NCBI RefSeq assembly: GCF_004010195.1
Contig: NC_057754.1
Span: forward strand, 7,467,428-7,531,427
DNA: 64,000 bases
Direction: 5' to 3'
Origin: Chiloscyllium plagiosum
Lineage: Eukaryota
A model generated the notes under the pieces. That model was not told the origin of the DNA. It worked only from the letters and a program-made list of their open reading frames with translations, and did no database searches. Positions 1 to 12,774 of this stretch are shown piece by piece. The translations under genes were made by a program, and so were the position numbers. Position 1 is the first letter of the stretch. Each line of letters starts with the position of its first letter.

Positions 1-300
1 TGCCGTGACAGGGTTGTACGATATCGTGGTCGATGTTGTCCTGAAGGCTGGGCAGTTTGCTGTGAACAATGATCTATTTGAGGTTTGGTGGTTGTTTAAA
101 GGCAAGAAATTGAAGTGTGATGAAGGCCTTGGCGAGGTGCTCATCCTCGTTGATAATGTGTTGCAGGCCGCGAAGAACTTAGCATAGTTTATCAGCTCCC
201 GGGAAGTACTGGACAACAAAGGGTACCCTATCGGTTGCAGCAGTGTCTGTCCCCTGAGGAGGTCAATACGATTTATCACCGTTGGAACTGGCGGTTGACG
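1..300 (-). mobile_element. Penelope-like retroelement fragment (RT/GIY-YIG linker region)
   Basis: Minus-strand translation gives RVPFVVQYFPGADKL...LQHIINEDEHLAK...LAFKQPPNLK...IVHSKLP...QPCHG, typical of the Penelope linker (P.L.F.QPPNL motif); it contains stops. Confidence 0.7.
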
Positions 301-1414
301 AGTTGAGAGTGTTATGATTCCTGTTTGGACCAATAACCTTCTTAAAAACATGATTTTCTGTAATGATCTAACAGAGGTAACTGATGAACAGAGTTTCACT
401 TTTTAAAATCTTTACTGTAATAAACAAACCAAAACCAACATAATTTAAAACATTAATTAACAGATAAAGGATGCTTCCAAAATAAAAGTACATTTTACTG
501 TAAACTGATACAATTGCTAATGGGCAGGCATGCAGTATCAAGGGCAGTCCCAGACTTTCTTCAAGAACTTTGGCAGTGGTCACCACTTTCAGCCACCTGA
601 GTCAAATCTTTAAAAAGGTCTTCCCTGACTGCTTCATTGTAGTTTCCAGACGTGGTCACCATCAGCAAGGCATACTTCAATAAACTCTGTCTCCCACTGG
701 TCACCTCAGTCCAGATGGCACAGGGTTTCCAGGGACCCCTTGGATAAACTCTTAATTGGTCAAGTCAGCTCTGGCAAAGCCACCCACCACAAGTTCTACC
801 TCTGCTGTCATGAGATTCAGTGTGAATGCTTTTATTTTCTGCAACCATGTGACGAACAGAACACCAGTTATAACTCAGTATCAAAAATCGGTTATCCATT
901 TGTTTCTGCTTTAGTTGAGTCTTACTTTCATAGCAACTTGGGTCATGTTCAATACTTTGGCATTGTCCCAAGCAAGCAATTTGGGTTATAAATTCTTTTC
1001 CCAAAACTTAATTTTGATTTCATAGGGCCTTTGCCAAAGAGAAAATACTGGCTTTTCTTTTGCAAAACACAATGTTTGTAAAGGTTGAAACTGTTTTATT
1101 TCTCCACTGGCTGGCCAACATCAGATGGAGCCAAAACAGCTGCAGCACCTTAGCTCAGATCTTCAGTACAACAACTATGTACACACCAACACTGCTGTTG
1201 CTTAGGCCAGCCAGGGAAACTCTGAGGAGGGAATCCTCAACGGGTATTTGGCCCTAGGCCTCTGAAGATGAGAATATTCCAAGTCTTGAACTAAGCATCA
1301 GTCAATCCCTTAGAGTGGATTGATAGAAGAAGCTGCTTATTAGTAGCAGTAGCAACTTGCAGGATTGTTCCAATTTTGCACTTTACGATTCTAAAGTGTA
1401 ACGTGCTGTATAAA

Positions 1415-1830
1415 AAGGAAGATTTGCATGTCTCTATTGTCTTTCCTCCATCTGGGCAGGTCTGAAATTGCTACATAGTCAATAAAGTGTTTTTAAAGTA
1501 TAATCACTGCACGGATGCAGGGACCAGGGCAGCCAATCTGGGTACAGGAGGATTCATCAAGCAGCACTGCGAGAGTAAAACATTTTACCATGTTTTTTGA
1601 TTGATTATTATTAGCCAGGTGATCAGAACCTCTTCAGAATAGTGGCCATGGGCACCGACCTGAGGCGGGTAGACATAGCCTTTAGTCTGTCTCATCTGAT
1701 CTCTAACAAAAGTGCAGCATTTCCTCAAGGCAGTGCTGGCACTACAACAGTGGGTCAGCCTGTTCTATGCACTTTAATTTCTGGAGTGAGTCTTAAACAA
1801 ATGACCTGTTGACTGAGAGAGGTAGAGAGT
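1415..1830 (-). mobile_element. Degenerate Deu-domain SINE (SacSINE/AmnSINE-like)
   Basis: Reverse complement resembles the copy at 38870-39306, including the ...atgcaaatcttcctt tail; heavily diverged. Confidence 0.45.
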
Positions 1831-2054
1831 GAGCTATTGCTAGCTCATGATCAATGAAGGGATGTTCATTTGCTTTTACCCAAGTTACAGTAATTCTATT
1901 TGCTGTTATTGTGATGATCAAATATGTCTTAATCTGCTGCTTACCCCAATTTGCACCTTTGATGATTGAGTAAGAATAGCAGATTTCCTTCATGAAGGAC
2001 ATTAGTGAACCAATAATTAAAATAATTTTACCCTGCCATATTAAAACTGTCTTC

Positions 2055-2150
2055 ACTTACAGGATCCATATCCCTGTATTCCCATCCTATTCATGTATTC
2101 GTTCAAGTGCTTTTTGAATGCTGCTATTGTGTCTGCTTCCACCACCTCCT
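2055..2150 (-). mobile_element. CR1 LINE 3' end, separated from its body by a Penelope insertion
   Basis: Translation EEVVEADTIAAFKKHLNEYMNRMGIQGYG is the CR1 ORF2 C-terminus and continues the WNALPG reading that breaks off at about 3200. Confidence 0.75.
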
Positions 2151-2151
2151 C

Positions 2152-3185
2152 AGTTAGAAACAAAAAAAACTGCAAATGCTGGAATCCAAAGTGGAAAGGC
2201 AGGAGGGTGGAAGAACACAGCAAGCCAGGCAGCATCAGGAGGTGGAGAAGTCAATATTTTGGGTGTAACCCTTCTTCAGGACTGGGGGGTGGATGTATGG
2301 GGAGCTGCAGATAAAGCGGGTGGTGGGGGCACGGGTGTGAAGTGGGGATAGGTGAAGACAGGTAGAGGGTATGACCTGGTGGTCAATGGGAGGAATTAAT
2401 CCAGTTGGTGGCAGGGAGGAGTGGAGGGGGAGGGTGAGGGGGAGGGGCTGGGGAGTCAGTGGATAGGAAGGGAGGTTATTTGAAATTGGAGAATTCAATG
2501 TTGAGTCTTCCGGGGTGTAGGCTGCCCAGGTGGACGATGAGCTGTTGTTCTTCCAATTTGCGTTGTGGCAATGGAGGAGGCCAAGGATGGTCACATCGGA
2601 AAGGGAGTGGGAAGGGGAATTAAAATGGGTGGTGACTGAGAGGTCCAATCAGCCCCTTTGGGCCTGGCTGTGATGCTCGGCAAACCGTTCCCTAAGCTTA
2701 TGTTCAATCTCCCCAGTGTACAGAAGGTCACATCGGGAGCCCCTGATGCAAGAAACTAGATTGGAAGGGAGGCAGGTGAACCTCTGTCTCACTTGAAAGG
2801 ACTGTTTGGGGCGCTGGCAGCTTTTGCGTCTTTTCCAGTTGCAGGGGAAGGTACCTGGTGATTCGGGGGGTGGGGGGGGGAAAAAAGAGTGGTGCAAAGC
2901 AAGGACTGTCGAAGGGAACAGTCCTGGCGGAAGACAGAGAGGGGTGGGGAAGGGAAGATGTTCTTGGCGGTGGAGTCTGGTTGGAGTTAGCGGATGATGC
3001 GTTGGATGTGGAGACGGTGGGGTGGTAGGTGAGGACAAGGGCGACTCTGTCTTTATTGTGTTGGTGAAGGGTGGTTTAAGAGCAGTGGAATGGGGAATGG
3101 AGGTGGTGCGGCGGAGAGCTGTCTGGATGACAGAGGGAAGAAAAGCATATTGTTCGAAATAGGTGGACATCTGGGGTGCTCATGA
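2152..3185 (-). mobile_element. Penelope-like element, GIY-YIG endonuclease region plus terminal repeat with decayed hammerhead motif
   Basis: ORF 2649-3170 contains GTFPCNWKRRKSC...FQVRQRFTCLPSNLVSCIRGSRCDLLYTGEIEHKLRERFAEH (GIY-YIG signature). The downstream end carries CTGAAGA-AGGGTTACACCC-AAAATATT at 2249-2283. Confidence 0.85.
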
Positions 3186-3199
3186 GTGGAATGTCTCTC

Positions 3200-5630
3200 C
3201 CCGGCAGTGCATTCCAGGCATCCATCAACGTTTGTGTGAAAAACGTGCCTTGCACATCTCTTTTAAACTGCCCCATTCCCTCGCGTCTTGAACCTGTGTC
3301 CCCCAGTAACTGACCCTCCACCCCAGGAAAAAGCATCATACTTTCGACTCTATTCATGTCATTCACAATCTTATAAACTTCTATCAGGTTGCCCATCAAC
3401 CTCCTGCGTTTCAGTAAAAACAAACCCAGTCTATCCAACCTTTCTTCATAGCCAAAATCCCCCAGACAAGGCCACATCCTGGGTAAACCTTTTCTGTACC
3501 CTCTCCAAATTATCCATATCCTTTTAGTAGTGTGGTAACCAGAACTGTACACAATATTCCAAGTGTGGCATAACTAAAGTTCTATAAAGCTGCAGCATAA
3601 TTTGCCTAACCTTATAGTCAATGCCCCTTCTAAGAAAGGCAGGCATGCCATAGGCCTTTTTTACTGCCTTATCTACCTATGCTGCCACTTTCAGTGATCA
3701 GTGGACCTCCAAACCCAGGTTCCTCTGCATATCAATACTCCAAGGGGTTCTGCCATTCACTGTATAATTTCCACCTGTACTTAATCTTCCAAAATGTGTC
3801 ACCTCACATTTGTCCGCATTAAACTCCATCTGCCATTTTTCTGCCCGTGCCTCCAACTGATCTATATCCTGCTGTATCCTTTACAATCCTCCTCACTAGC
3901 CACAACTCCATCAATCTTTGTATCTCCTACAAATTTACTAATTAGACCAGCTACGTTTTCCTCCAGCAGAGGTCCCAGCGCTGATCCTGGTGGAACACTA
4001 GTCACAGCCATCCAAAAGGCATCCTTCCACCACTACCTCCTGTCTCCTATGATTAAGCCAGTTCTGAAACTACCTTGCCAACTCACCTCAGTATCATGTG
4101 GCTTCACCTTTTGTACCAGTCTGCCATGAGAGACCTTGTCAAAGGCTTTACTTAAGTCCATGTGGACAATATCAACCGCTTTTCCCACAATCATCTTCAT
4201 CACCTCCTCAAAAAACTCCAGGTTAGTGAGGCATGACCACCCCCACACAAAATCATGCTGTCTATCTCTAATCGGTCCATTTGCTTCGAAATGCTTATAG
4301 ATCTTGTTCCTGAGAATCTTTTCCAATTATTTCCCTACCACCAAAGTGAGGATTACAGGACTGTAATTCCCTGGATTATCCCTGTTACCCTTCTTAAACA
4401 ATGGGACAACACTAGCTATTCTCCAGTCCCCTGGGACCTCACCTGTGGTCAAAGAGGATACAAGGATGTCCGTCAATACTCCAGCAATTTGTGTTCTTGC
4501 CTCCCTGAATCTTAGTACTTTTTAAGACATACGCCTCTTCCTTTTTACGACCTCACCTACCTCATCTGCCTGCACATATACATTGCCCCTTTTGTCCTTA
4601 AGTAGGCCTATCCTTTCCATGCCAACCTCTTGCTTTTTATTTATGTATAAAAAGCCTTGGGATTCTCCTTAATCCTGTTTGCTACTGACTTTTCATGACC
4701 CCTTTTAGCCCTTCTAATTCCTTGCTTATGTTCTTCCCTACTTTCCTTATATACTTCAAGGGCTTTGTCAGTTCCTATCCTCCTAGACCTTACATAAGCT
4801 TCCTTTTTCTTTTTGACCAGTCATAACATCTCTGCTCATCCAGGGTTCACGTAACTTGCCATATCTATCCTTCATTCTTGCAGGAGCATGCCACACCTGA
4901 ACTGCTATTTGAAATACTCCCACATATCCAATATAGATTTACCCTAAAACAGCCACTTTCAACAACACTCTCCAGTTCTTGCCTACTATTGTTGCAGTTT
5001 GCCTTCCTCCAATTTAACACTTTCACCTGAGGATTGCTGTTATCCCGATCCATGAGTAACTTCAAACACATGGTGTTATGGTCACTACTCCTGAAATGCT
5101 CCTCCACTGAAATTTTGCTCACCTGGCTGGCTCATTTCCTAAAACTAGGTCCAGTATAACCTTTTCTTGGTTGGACTTATTTCATACTGTGCCAAGAAAC
5201 CGTCCTGAATGGTCCTCACAAATTATGCTCCATCCAGGCCCCCAGCACAAAGTGAGTCTCAGTCAATACAGGGAAAGTTAAAATCACTCACCACAACAAC
5301 TCTGCTGTTTTTACATATTTCTGAAATCTATCTACAAAGTCTCTCCTCTGTCTCCCACTGGCTGTTGGGAGGCCAGTAGTATATCCCCAGCGTTGTGATT
5401 TCACCTCTCCTATTCCTGAGTTCTACCCACATTGCCTTGTTGTACAAGTCCTCTGATGTATCCTCCCTCAGTACAGCTGTGAGATACTCCTTTATCAGTA
5501 ATGAAGCTCCCCCACCTCTTTTACATCCCTTTCAATCACATCTGAAACATCTAAATCCTGGGACGTCCTAATGCCAGTCCTGTCCCTCTTTCAACCAAGT
5601 CTCTGGAATCACAATAATGTCATAGTTCAG
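3200..5630 (-). mobile_element. CR1 LINE ORF2 relic (endonuclease end, RT, C-terminus)
   Basis: Fragments SSDHNTM, QHDFVWGWSCLTNL, VDIVHMDLSKAFDKVSHGRL and YEERLDRLGLF; frameshifted. Confidence 0.85.
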
Positions 5631-6788
5631 AGTTTTATTACACAGAGGGAAAACACAAACAATATATAACACAATCATATGAGCATACAAACCAAAAAGA
5701 TTTAACACTCTTTTTCTCAGCCATAGCCTTTACACTCAACCTTACTGACATTTCACTCCGATCGTCACTTGTTAGTTTTTCATGCAATTGAAGTTGCAAA
5801 AATTTCCTTCCAGCAACATTCAGCAGATGTGACTCTCTCCATCTCTCCTCAAGACTCAAAGACACAAGTTAACCCACTGACCTTTGTCAATAAACTTGAA
5901 GAGGAGTTCAGGGTTTTTTTCCTAGTCTAATCTACTATGATTGACAAAACAGCACCAGACTTCCTTCCAGCTCTGATAACCTGAAGATTTCCAAGACAAA
6001 ATCGCCCTTCTGCTAATATGGATCTTGTTATCTGAATGATACCTGCATGTAGCCCTTGCCATCAGCCACTCTCTTCACCCAGTAAACACTTTTCCATTAA
6101 GGTCCTCTGATGAAATACTTAGTTTAAATTGCATGATTTCTTGAAAATGAAATTTTGATCAAATAGATTTTAAAAAACTTTAACTCTTAAATAAAAATAA
6201 ATCACTTTCACAGAATGAAACTAAAAAGCCATTTTGATCCACTTTAGAATTTTTGATACAAACTGATAATATTACATAAGTTTTTATCACAGGCATTATA
6301 TGGCAGACTGTTATGACAGATTTTCACCCATACAACAGTTAAAGCTTCTCCAGATGCACTGTTTGAGCACCAATGTATCTGGCAGCTTGCAGGGAATTTT
6401 ACAGCTACAGCATGGTCCAAGTGCAGAAGTGGGCCGTTAAACCTGTCGTGTCTGTACCAGCTCTCCCTGTGAACAATTCACTTACTAGCACTCTCCCTGT
6501 AACCCCACCATACTGCTGCCCATTCTTCAGTTACAGGTACTGCTCCCTCTTGGATATTTTGATTGAACCTGCCTTCCCAAACTCACAGGCAGCACATTCC
6601 AACATAACCCCTTGCTTGCATGACAAAATTTCTTTTCATGTTTCCATTGCTTCTTTTGCCAATACTTTAAATCTATGCCCTCCTGTCCTTGACCCACCCC
6701 TCTTCACTATCTACTCTGATTGCACCCCTCATGATTTTCTATCTCTATCATGTCTCAACTGTCACATCTTCAAAAAAATGATGAAAAC

Positions 6789-6876
6789 CACCTAATGAAG
6801 GAACAGCGCTCCGAAAGCTAGTGCTTCCAATTAAACCTGTCGGACCATAACCTGGTGTTGTATGATTTTTAACTTT
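6789..6876 (+). mobile_element. Short Penelope-terminal-repeat-derived element (family with GAAAGCTA hammerhead-like core)
   Basis: cac-CTAATGA-AGGAAC..GCTCC-GAAAGCTA-gtg followed by cttccaattaaacctgt...; related copies at 21746-21918, 52205-52306 and 60240-60310. Confidence 0.6.
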
Positions 6877-7825
6877 CTCCAAAAAAGGTCACAATTTCTC
6901 CAATCAATCCACGTAACCGAAGTAGTGCTCCATTTGAATAATGTAGACATCCATGTAATTTCCAAATGCGTTTAATTTGCACATTCAGATAACGGACAGA
7001 CTGATGCTGAATACATGCTATCTATTTTGATGGATATTGGCATCTTTACTCATTGTTCCAGGCTCTCGGTTCACTTGATTCCCCATGAGAAGACTATGAC
7101 AGAATTTTGAGGCTACTTCTGAACTTCTCTCTAACCTGATTCTTTCTTTCTTTCCTACCCTGTTTTTGTTCAATCGTTCACAAGACCTGAATGCCAAAGG
7201 TAACTACACTGCTCCTGTGGTCACATTCTGGCAGAAGTGGTTTTTCCATGTTTATTTACATTTGCTTCGGTAAAAAAAGAAAAAGTAAGTGAGTGGTGCA
7301 AATCTGATCTAGGTGACCCAGGAGCAGTCGGTACCCAACTGCTAATGGACAACCTGTAGAGTTTCTGCTTCAGTAGAAAACTGCATCAAACACACCATCT
7401 GCAGCAATAGCTCCTGTGGTTATAATGTGCAGTACGGGTGGCATCACTCCACCACTTCTTCTTCTGGCTACCATTAAGCACATGGTAGAGGGTGGCCAAA
7501 GGAGAAAAAAAGGGGCAGCCTCACCACCTCACCAACTCTCTGCTTCTTCCTCTTCTTTGGCCATCAGATGAAGCGACTAATATTGCTGAATAACAATCTC
7601 ATTTGGGGGGGGGAGGAGCAGCAACAATGAATGTCAGGGTTAGATTGTCTCTTACTGAAGCTGGTCATTGTCTGCCACGTATGTTACTTGCCACTTATCA
7701 GTCCAAACTTGGATACTGTACAGGTCTTGCTGCATTTGTACATGGGCTACTTCATTTTCTGAAGCATCATGAATGGTGCTAAACATTGTGCAATCTTCTG
7801 ACCTTAAGTAAGACAATCCAGACAA

Positions 7826-8747
7826 ATGCATTTAGGCAAGTCTAATTCTAGAGCGAATTATACAATGAATGGAAGAGCCTTGGGAAAAGTTGATAGGCAG
7901 AGAGATCTGGGAGTGCAGGTCCATTGTACCCTGAAAGTTGCTGCACAGGTGGATAGAGTGGTCAAGAAGGCATATAGTATGCTTGGAGAAAGTGAGGACT
8001 GTAGATGCTGGAGATCAGAGCTGAAAAATATGTTGCTGGAAAAGCGCAGTAGGTCAGGCAGCATCCAAGGAGCAGGAGAATCGACGTTTCGGGCATAAGC
8101 CCTTCTTCAGGAATAGTATGCTTGCCTTCATTGGACGGAGTATTGAGTATAAGAGCTGGCAAGTCATGTTAAAATTGTATAAGACATTGGTTCGGCCGCA
8201 TTTAGAATATTGTGTGCAGTTCTGGGCACCACATTACCAAAAAGATGTGGACGCTTTGGAGAGGGTGCAGAGAAGGTTAACGAGGATGGTGCCTGGTATG
8301 GAAAGTGATAGCTATGGAGAGAGGTTGAGTAGGTTAGGTTTATTTTCACTAGAAAAAAGGAGATTGCGGGGGGACCTAATTGAGGTTTACAAAATCATGA
8401 AGGGTATAGACAGGGTGGATAGAGACAAGCTTTGTCCCCAAGGTGAAGGATTCAATAACGAGAGGTCATGCTTTCAAGGTGAGAGGCGGAAAGTTTAAGG
8501 GGGATACACACGGCAAGTACTTCACACAGAGGGTGGTGGGCATTTGGAACGCATTGCCAACAGAGGTGATAGAGACAGGCACAGTAGCTTCATTTAAGGC
8601 GCATCTGGACAGATGCATGAGTAGGTGGGGAGCAGAGGGATACAAATGCTTCAGAATTGACCGACAGGTTTAGACAGTACATTTGGATCGGCTCAGGCTT
8701 GGAGGGCTGAAGGGCCTGTTCCTGGGCTGTAAAATTTCTTTGTTCTT
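7826..8747 (+). mobile_element. 5'-truncated CR1 LINE, interrupted at 7986-8112
   Basis: [43 protein letters not shown] and FTQRVVGIWNALP motifs. Confidence 0.9.
7986..8112 (-). mobile_element. 127-bp hammerhead-bearing short element inserted in CR1 with 12-bp TSD
   Basis: ATAGTATGCTTG is duplicated at 7974-7985 and 8113-8124. The minus strand reads CTGAAGA-AGGGC-TTAT-GCCC-GAAACGTC. Confidence 0.8.
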
Positions 8748-8944
8748 AAGATGAAAGATAATTGATGAAGACATTACTGACTTTATGAGATACGTTCTGG
8801 TGTGACAGGGAAATGCTGAAATGAGTTTTTTAAAAAACATTTTCAAAAATATTGCTGAAACTGTTTAACACAGGAAGAAAAACCAAGATGGAAGTGTACA
8901 ATATACGAAATTCATTATATATTCCAGAATACTTTACAGCCAAT

Positions 8945-9905
8945 GACAATTGTTTTCAGTATATACTAATGATTTGGATGAAGGAAATGAATGTACTGTA
9001 GCCAAGTTTGAAGATGACACAAAATTAGGTGGGAAGGCAAGTGGTGAGGATGACACAAAGAGTGTGCAGAAGGATATACAGAGGAACCTCGATTATTCGA
9101 AGGACATGGCAGGGAGTATTTCGGTCAGTTAATCGAATTCCAATAATTGAATGCCAGTTAACGTAGTGAAACCAAGCATTGGGACCTTGCGATCTTGCCG
9201 GATAATAGGATATTTGGATAATCGAATGCCAGATAATCGAGGTTCCTCTGTAGACAGCTTAAATGAGCAGGCAAAAACCTGGCAGATGGAATATAATGTG
9301 AGATTATGCATTTGGCAGGAAGCAAAAAGGAGCTGAATAAAATGTCACATGGAACTGGTCAGACCAAAACTGGAGCAGTTTCGGTCCGCTTATCTAAAGA
9401 AGGTTATACTGGTATTGGAAGCAGTCCATATAAAGTTCACTAGGCTGATACCAGGTAATGAGGAGATGTTGAGTAGGTTGGGTCTGTATTTATTGGAATA
9501 TAGAAAAATGTGAGGAGACCTTATTGAAACATGTAGGATTCTTAAGGGACTTGGCAGGGTAGAGTCTGAGAGACAGTTTTCCCTTGTGGATCAGTCTCGG
9601 AGCAGACAGCATAATCTCAGAATAAGGGGTTGTATACTTAAGTCAGAGATGAGGACGGATTTCTTCTCTCAGAGGGCAGTGAATCAGTGGAATTCTTTAC
9701 CACAGGGAGCTGTCAAGGCTGGGCCATTACGGATCTTCATGGATGAGATAGACAGATTTTTAATCAGTAAGGGAATCAAGGATTGTGAGAAAAAGACAGG
9801 AAAGTGAGGTTGAGGGTCAGCAGATCAGCCACGTTCTCATTGAATGGCAGTGCAGACTTGGTAGGCTGACAGGCCTCCTTCTGCTCCCAAGTCTTATGAT
9901 CTTGA
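8945..9905 (+). mobile_element. CR1 LINE relic, interrupted by a MITE
   Basis: NDLDEG...KFEDDTKLGG and FFSQRAVNQWNSLP motifs. Confidence 0.85.
9079..9250. mobile_element. Tc1/mariner-pogo (Tigger-like) MITE, 172 bp
   Basis: Perfect 18-bp TIRs CAGAGGAACCTCGATTAT (9079-9096) and ATAATCGAGGTTCCTCTG (9233-9250), with TA on both flanks. Confidence 0.85.
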
Positions 9906-9929
9906 GTGGCAGTACAGTGGCTGTGACAT

Positions 9930-10240
9930 AATAGTAGCTCAGTGGTTAGCACTGCTGCCCCACAGCACCAGGAATTCAGGTTCAATTTGATCCTCAGGCG
10001 ATTGTGCAAGTTCCACACAGACATTTCCATATGTTTGTATGAGTTTTCTCTGGATGCCTCCCATTCCAAAGATGCGCTGGTTAGGTGGATTGGCCATACT
10101 AAATTACCCAAGTGTCCAGGGATGTGTAGATTAGGTGGATTTGCCATGGGTGGGGGGGTTGATCTAGGTCGGATGTGTTTCGGAGGATCAGTTGGACTCA
10201 ATGGGCCAAGAATCCTGCTTTCACAATGTAGGGATTCTAT
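9930..10240 (+). mobile_element. tRNA-derived SINE (shark HE1-type)
   Basis: A-box-like TAGCTCAGTGGTTAGCACTGCTGCC head, core ttaggtggattggccat..aaatt, tail tgtagggattcta. Confidence 0.7.
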
Positions 10241-10997
10241 GAGTACTTTTGTATTGTAGCTTGTAATGTAAGAAACAAGACTGCTAAATTGTGCACAGCA
10301 AGCCTTAAATTTCTTCTGTAGCGTGATAGTTCCGTTCCTATGCCATAGCACGCTATACAAGAATCGCACAATACAAATAACACTTGACTTGGTGGCTAGA
10401 TAATCACATTACAGCCAACACACATTTTAAAAGTTTGCACTTTAGAAACAACATCTCCTATTCGTAAATCACGCTACAGCCAATTCCCGTTGACAAAATG
10501 CGTGTTATAGAAGAACGACTTGTACTGTAATAATAATTAGATGTTTTAGTGATATTACTTGTGATGGTACTGTGCTTTTAAGAAGGATTTGTTCTGTGCT
10601 GTTTCTTTTGGTGTTATCACCCTAGAGCCAGAATATCTGCTTCAGAAGCAGTGGTTAAACAGCTTTGAGCTACACCGACCTAGAGTTTTAGTTTTGCTTT
10701 CAGTTGAAGTTGGGTTTAAACCTGAGTTGCGAAGCTGGGTAGAGTAACTGCAGATTGGGAGGCAGGAAGTTGCAATTTGTTGTTTGTAAAGTTGTAAAAT
10801 GCTCAGGGGCGACACCATTGTGCGGTCACTTCAAAATATGGTTCTTTTTCTGTGCTTAGCGATTTAAAGTGGATTTCTGTGAGTAGCAGCTTGAAGTTTA
10901 CGAGTACACAGACAGCACCCAAATTGAAACATTTCCATTGAATGGCCATACAGTTAGCAGGCCAAGCAGCAGTTTTTACCAAGTCAACAGGTTTTGA

Positions 10998-11137
10998 ATT
11001 TATGATTCCTGATGAAGGGCTTTTGCTCAAAACGTCGATTTTCCTGCTCCTTGGATGCTGCTTGACCTGCTGTGCTTTTCCAGCACCGCTCTAATCTTGA
11101 CTCTAATTTCCAGCATCTGCAGTACCCACTTCTGCTT
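10998..11137 (+). mobile_element. Hammerhead-bearing short element with 9-bp TSD
   Basis: AGGTTTTGA at 10989-10997 and 11138-11146; CTGATGA-AGGGCTTTTGCTC-AAAACGTC (CpG-decayed core); same family as 7986-8112. Confidence 0.75.
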
Positions 11138-12272
11138 AGGTTTTGACCTTAGCCAATCAATTTGAATCAGACACTTAGTTTTAACAACATAGGATTAATC
11201 CTCTTGTTCAGGGATATGTAGGTTAGGTGCATTAGTTAGGGGTCAATAAATGGGAATGGATCTGGGTGGGTTACTCTTCGGAGGGTCAGTGTGGACTTGT
11301 TTGGCTGAAGGGCCTGTTTCCATACAGTAGGGAATCTAATCTAATCTAAGAGATATTGCTATGTCATCAAGGATATAGAACAAGCTGGACTGAACAAGCT
11401 GCCATCCGCCAGAGGTTATGACCCTCAGCTCTGGCTCTCATAGCCTCATTGATCTCTCAGAGAAAGTACTATCTTAAACAACAATGACAGAGAAGGCATT
11501 CCTGACAGAAGAATCGATGGAGAAGGCACAGAACATTCCAGAAAACATGTAACCTGGCAGTAATTTCAAGAGACTAAATTTTATATGAGTGGGACTTTTA
11601 TTTATTGGAACAGCATACCATTAGAATCTTACTTTATTCGGGTATAGTTAGTAGAGAGAAGGGTTGTATTTGGTTTATTAATTAATTTGTTCACTGTTAG
11701 ATAAATAAATTGCTAATTGTTGATTTTGAAGTGAGGTTCAAGGATTTATTTTATTTAACCACTAACAGTTTCTAAAAAGCAAGTTACACCACTTTTCACA
11801 CTCCTTTTTACAGATTATAGGGCGAGGTGCTCCTCTTTGGGTGTTTCAGTTTTAACTTAGAGTTTTAACTGATAGAAACAGCTCTCCATGCTGAAGCCAA
11901 AAGTTTGAATCCTTTCTCTGCTGCTAGATTGTTTGATTTGGTGCTCCTTTCTCCTGGACAGGAGATAGCAGATGAGACCATCTGTTTTGCTGAATTAGCC
12001 TTTGCTAAGGGTATGTTTATGGGACGTTGCCATATTGGAACAGTTGATGATTAGTTGTTAAATCATATTCTTTTGTTAAGTATTTCGAAAGCATTAAGAC
12101 ACTTCTTCTCCTTTTGCTTGTGTTTTAACTCTGATATAAGAATAAAGGGGTATAAGAAGCCTAGTAGTTGACCAATTAAATCACATTTGGAACACAGCAC
12201 CTTACACTTGCCTTTTAATAAAAGTAAGCTTAGACCCTATCACTTTGATATATTTTGAGGGGTTTGGTCTGA

Positions 12273-12560
12273 CAATAGACAAGGTGCAGGAGTAGGCCAT
12301 TCTGCCCTTCGAGCCTGCACCACCATTCAATATGATCATGGCTGATCATCCTTAATCAGTACCATGTTCCTGCCTTATCGCCATAACCCTTGATTCCACT
12401 ATCCTTGAGAGCTCTATCCAACTCTTTATTAAATGAATCCAGAGACTGGGCCTCCACTGCCCTCTAGGGCAGAGCATTCCACACAGCCACCACTCTTTGG
12501 GTGAAGATGTTTCTCCTCATCTCTGTCCTAAATGGTCTACCCCGTATTTTTAAGCTGTGT
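12273..12560 (-). mobile_element. CR1 3' end (young subfamily)
   Basis: Nearly identical to about 17253-17540; encodes FTQRVVAVWNALP. Confidence 0.85.
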
Positions 12561-12774
12561 CTGGTATTGTATTGAATTGGCTGAGAGTTCAGGCATAAAT
12601 ATTTGACTGGGGACTCCATCCATTCTTCCAGACATAGCAAAAGGATGCTTTTGTTAATTTTAAGCACCAAACCATGTCTTAATTTAAAGACACATCCAGA
12701 AAAACAGCACTTCTGACACTGCAGCACTCTCCCATGTACAGGCATCATGTCAGCCAGACTCATAAAACACAAGT

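Noticed and set aside
740..1260. Possible Gypsy integrase remnant (KLNFDFIGPLPK at about 1005-1040)
   Set aside because: Only one short motif with no convincing flanking integrase residues; too weak without a profile search.
5638..5865. Minus-strand ORF with a possible GTAAGG donor, as an exon of a divergent gene
   Set aside because: No recognisable protein, a weak acceptor and an in-frame stop just upstream.
10313..10525. Second Tigger-like MITE
   Set aside because: Only the right end resembles a TIR; a matching left TIR and TSD could not be confirmed.
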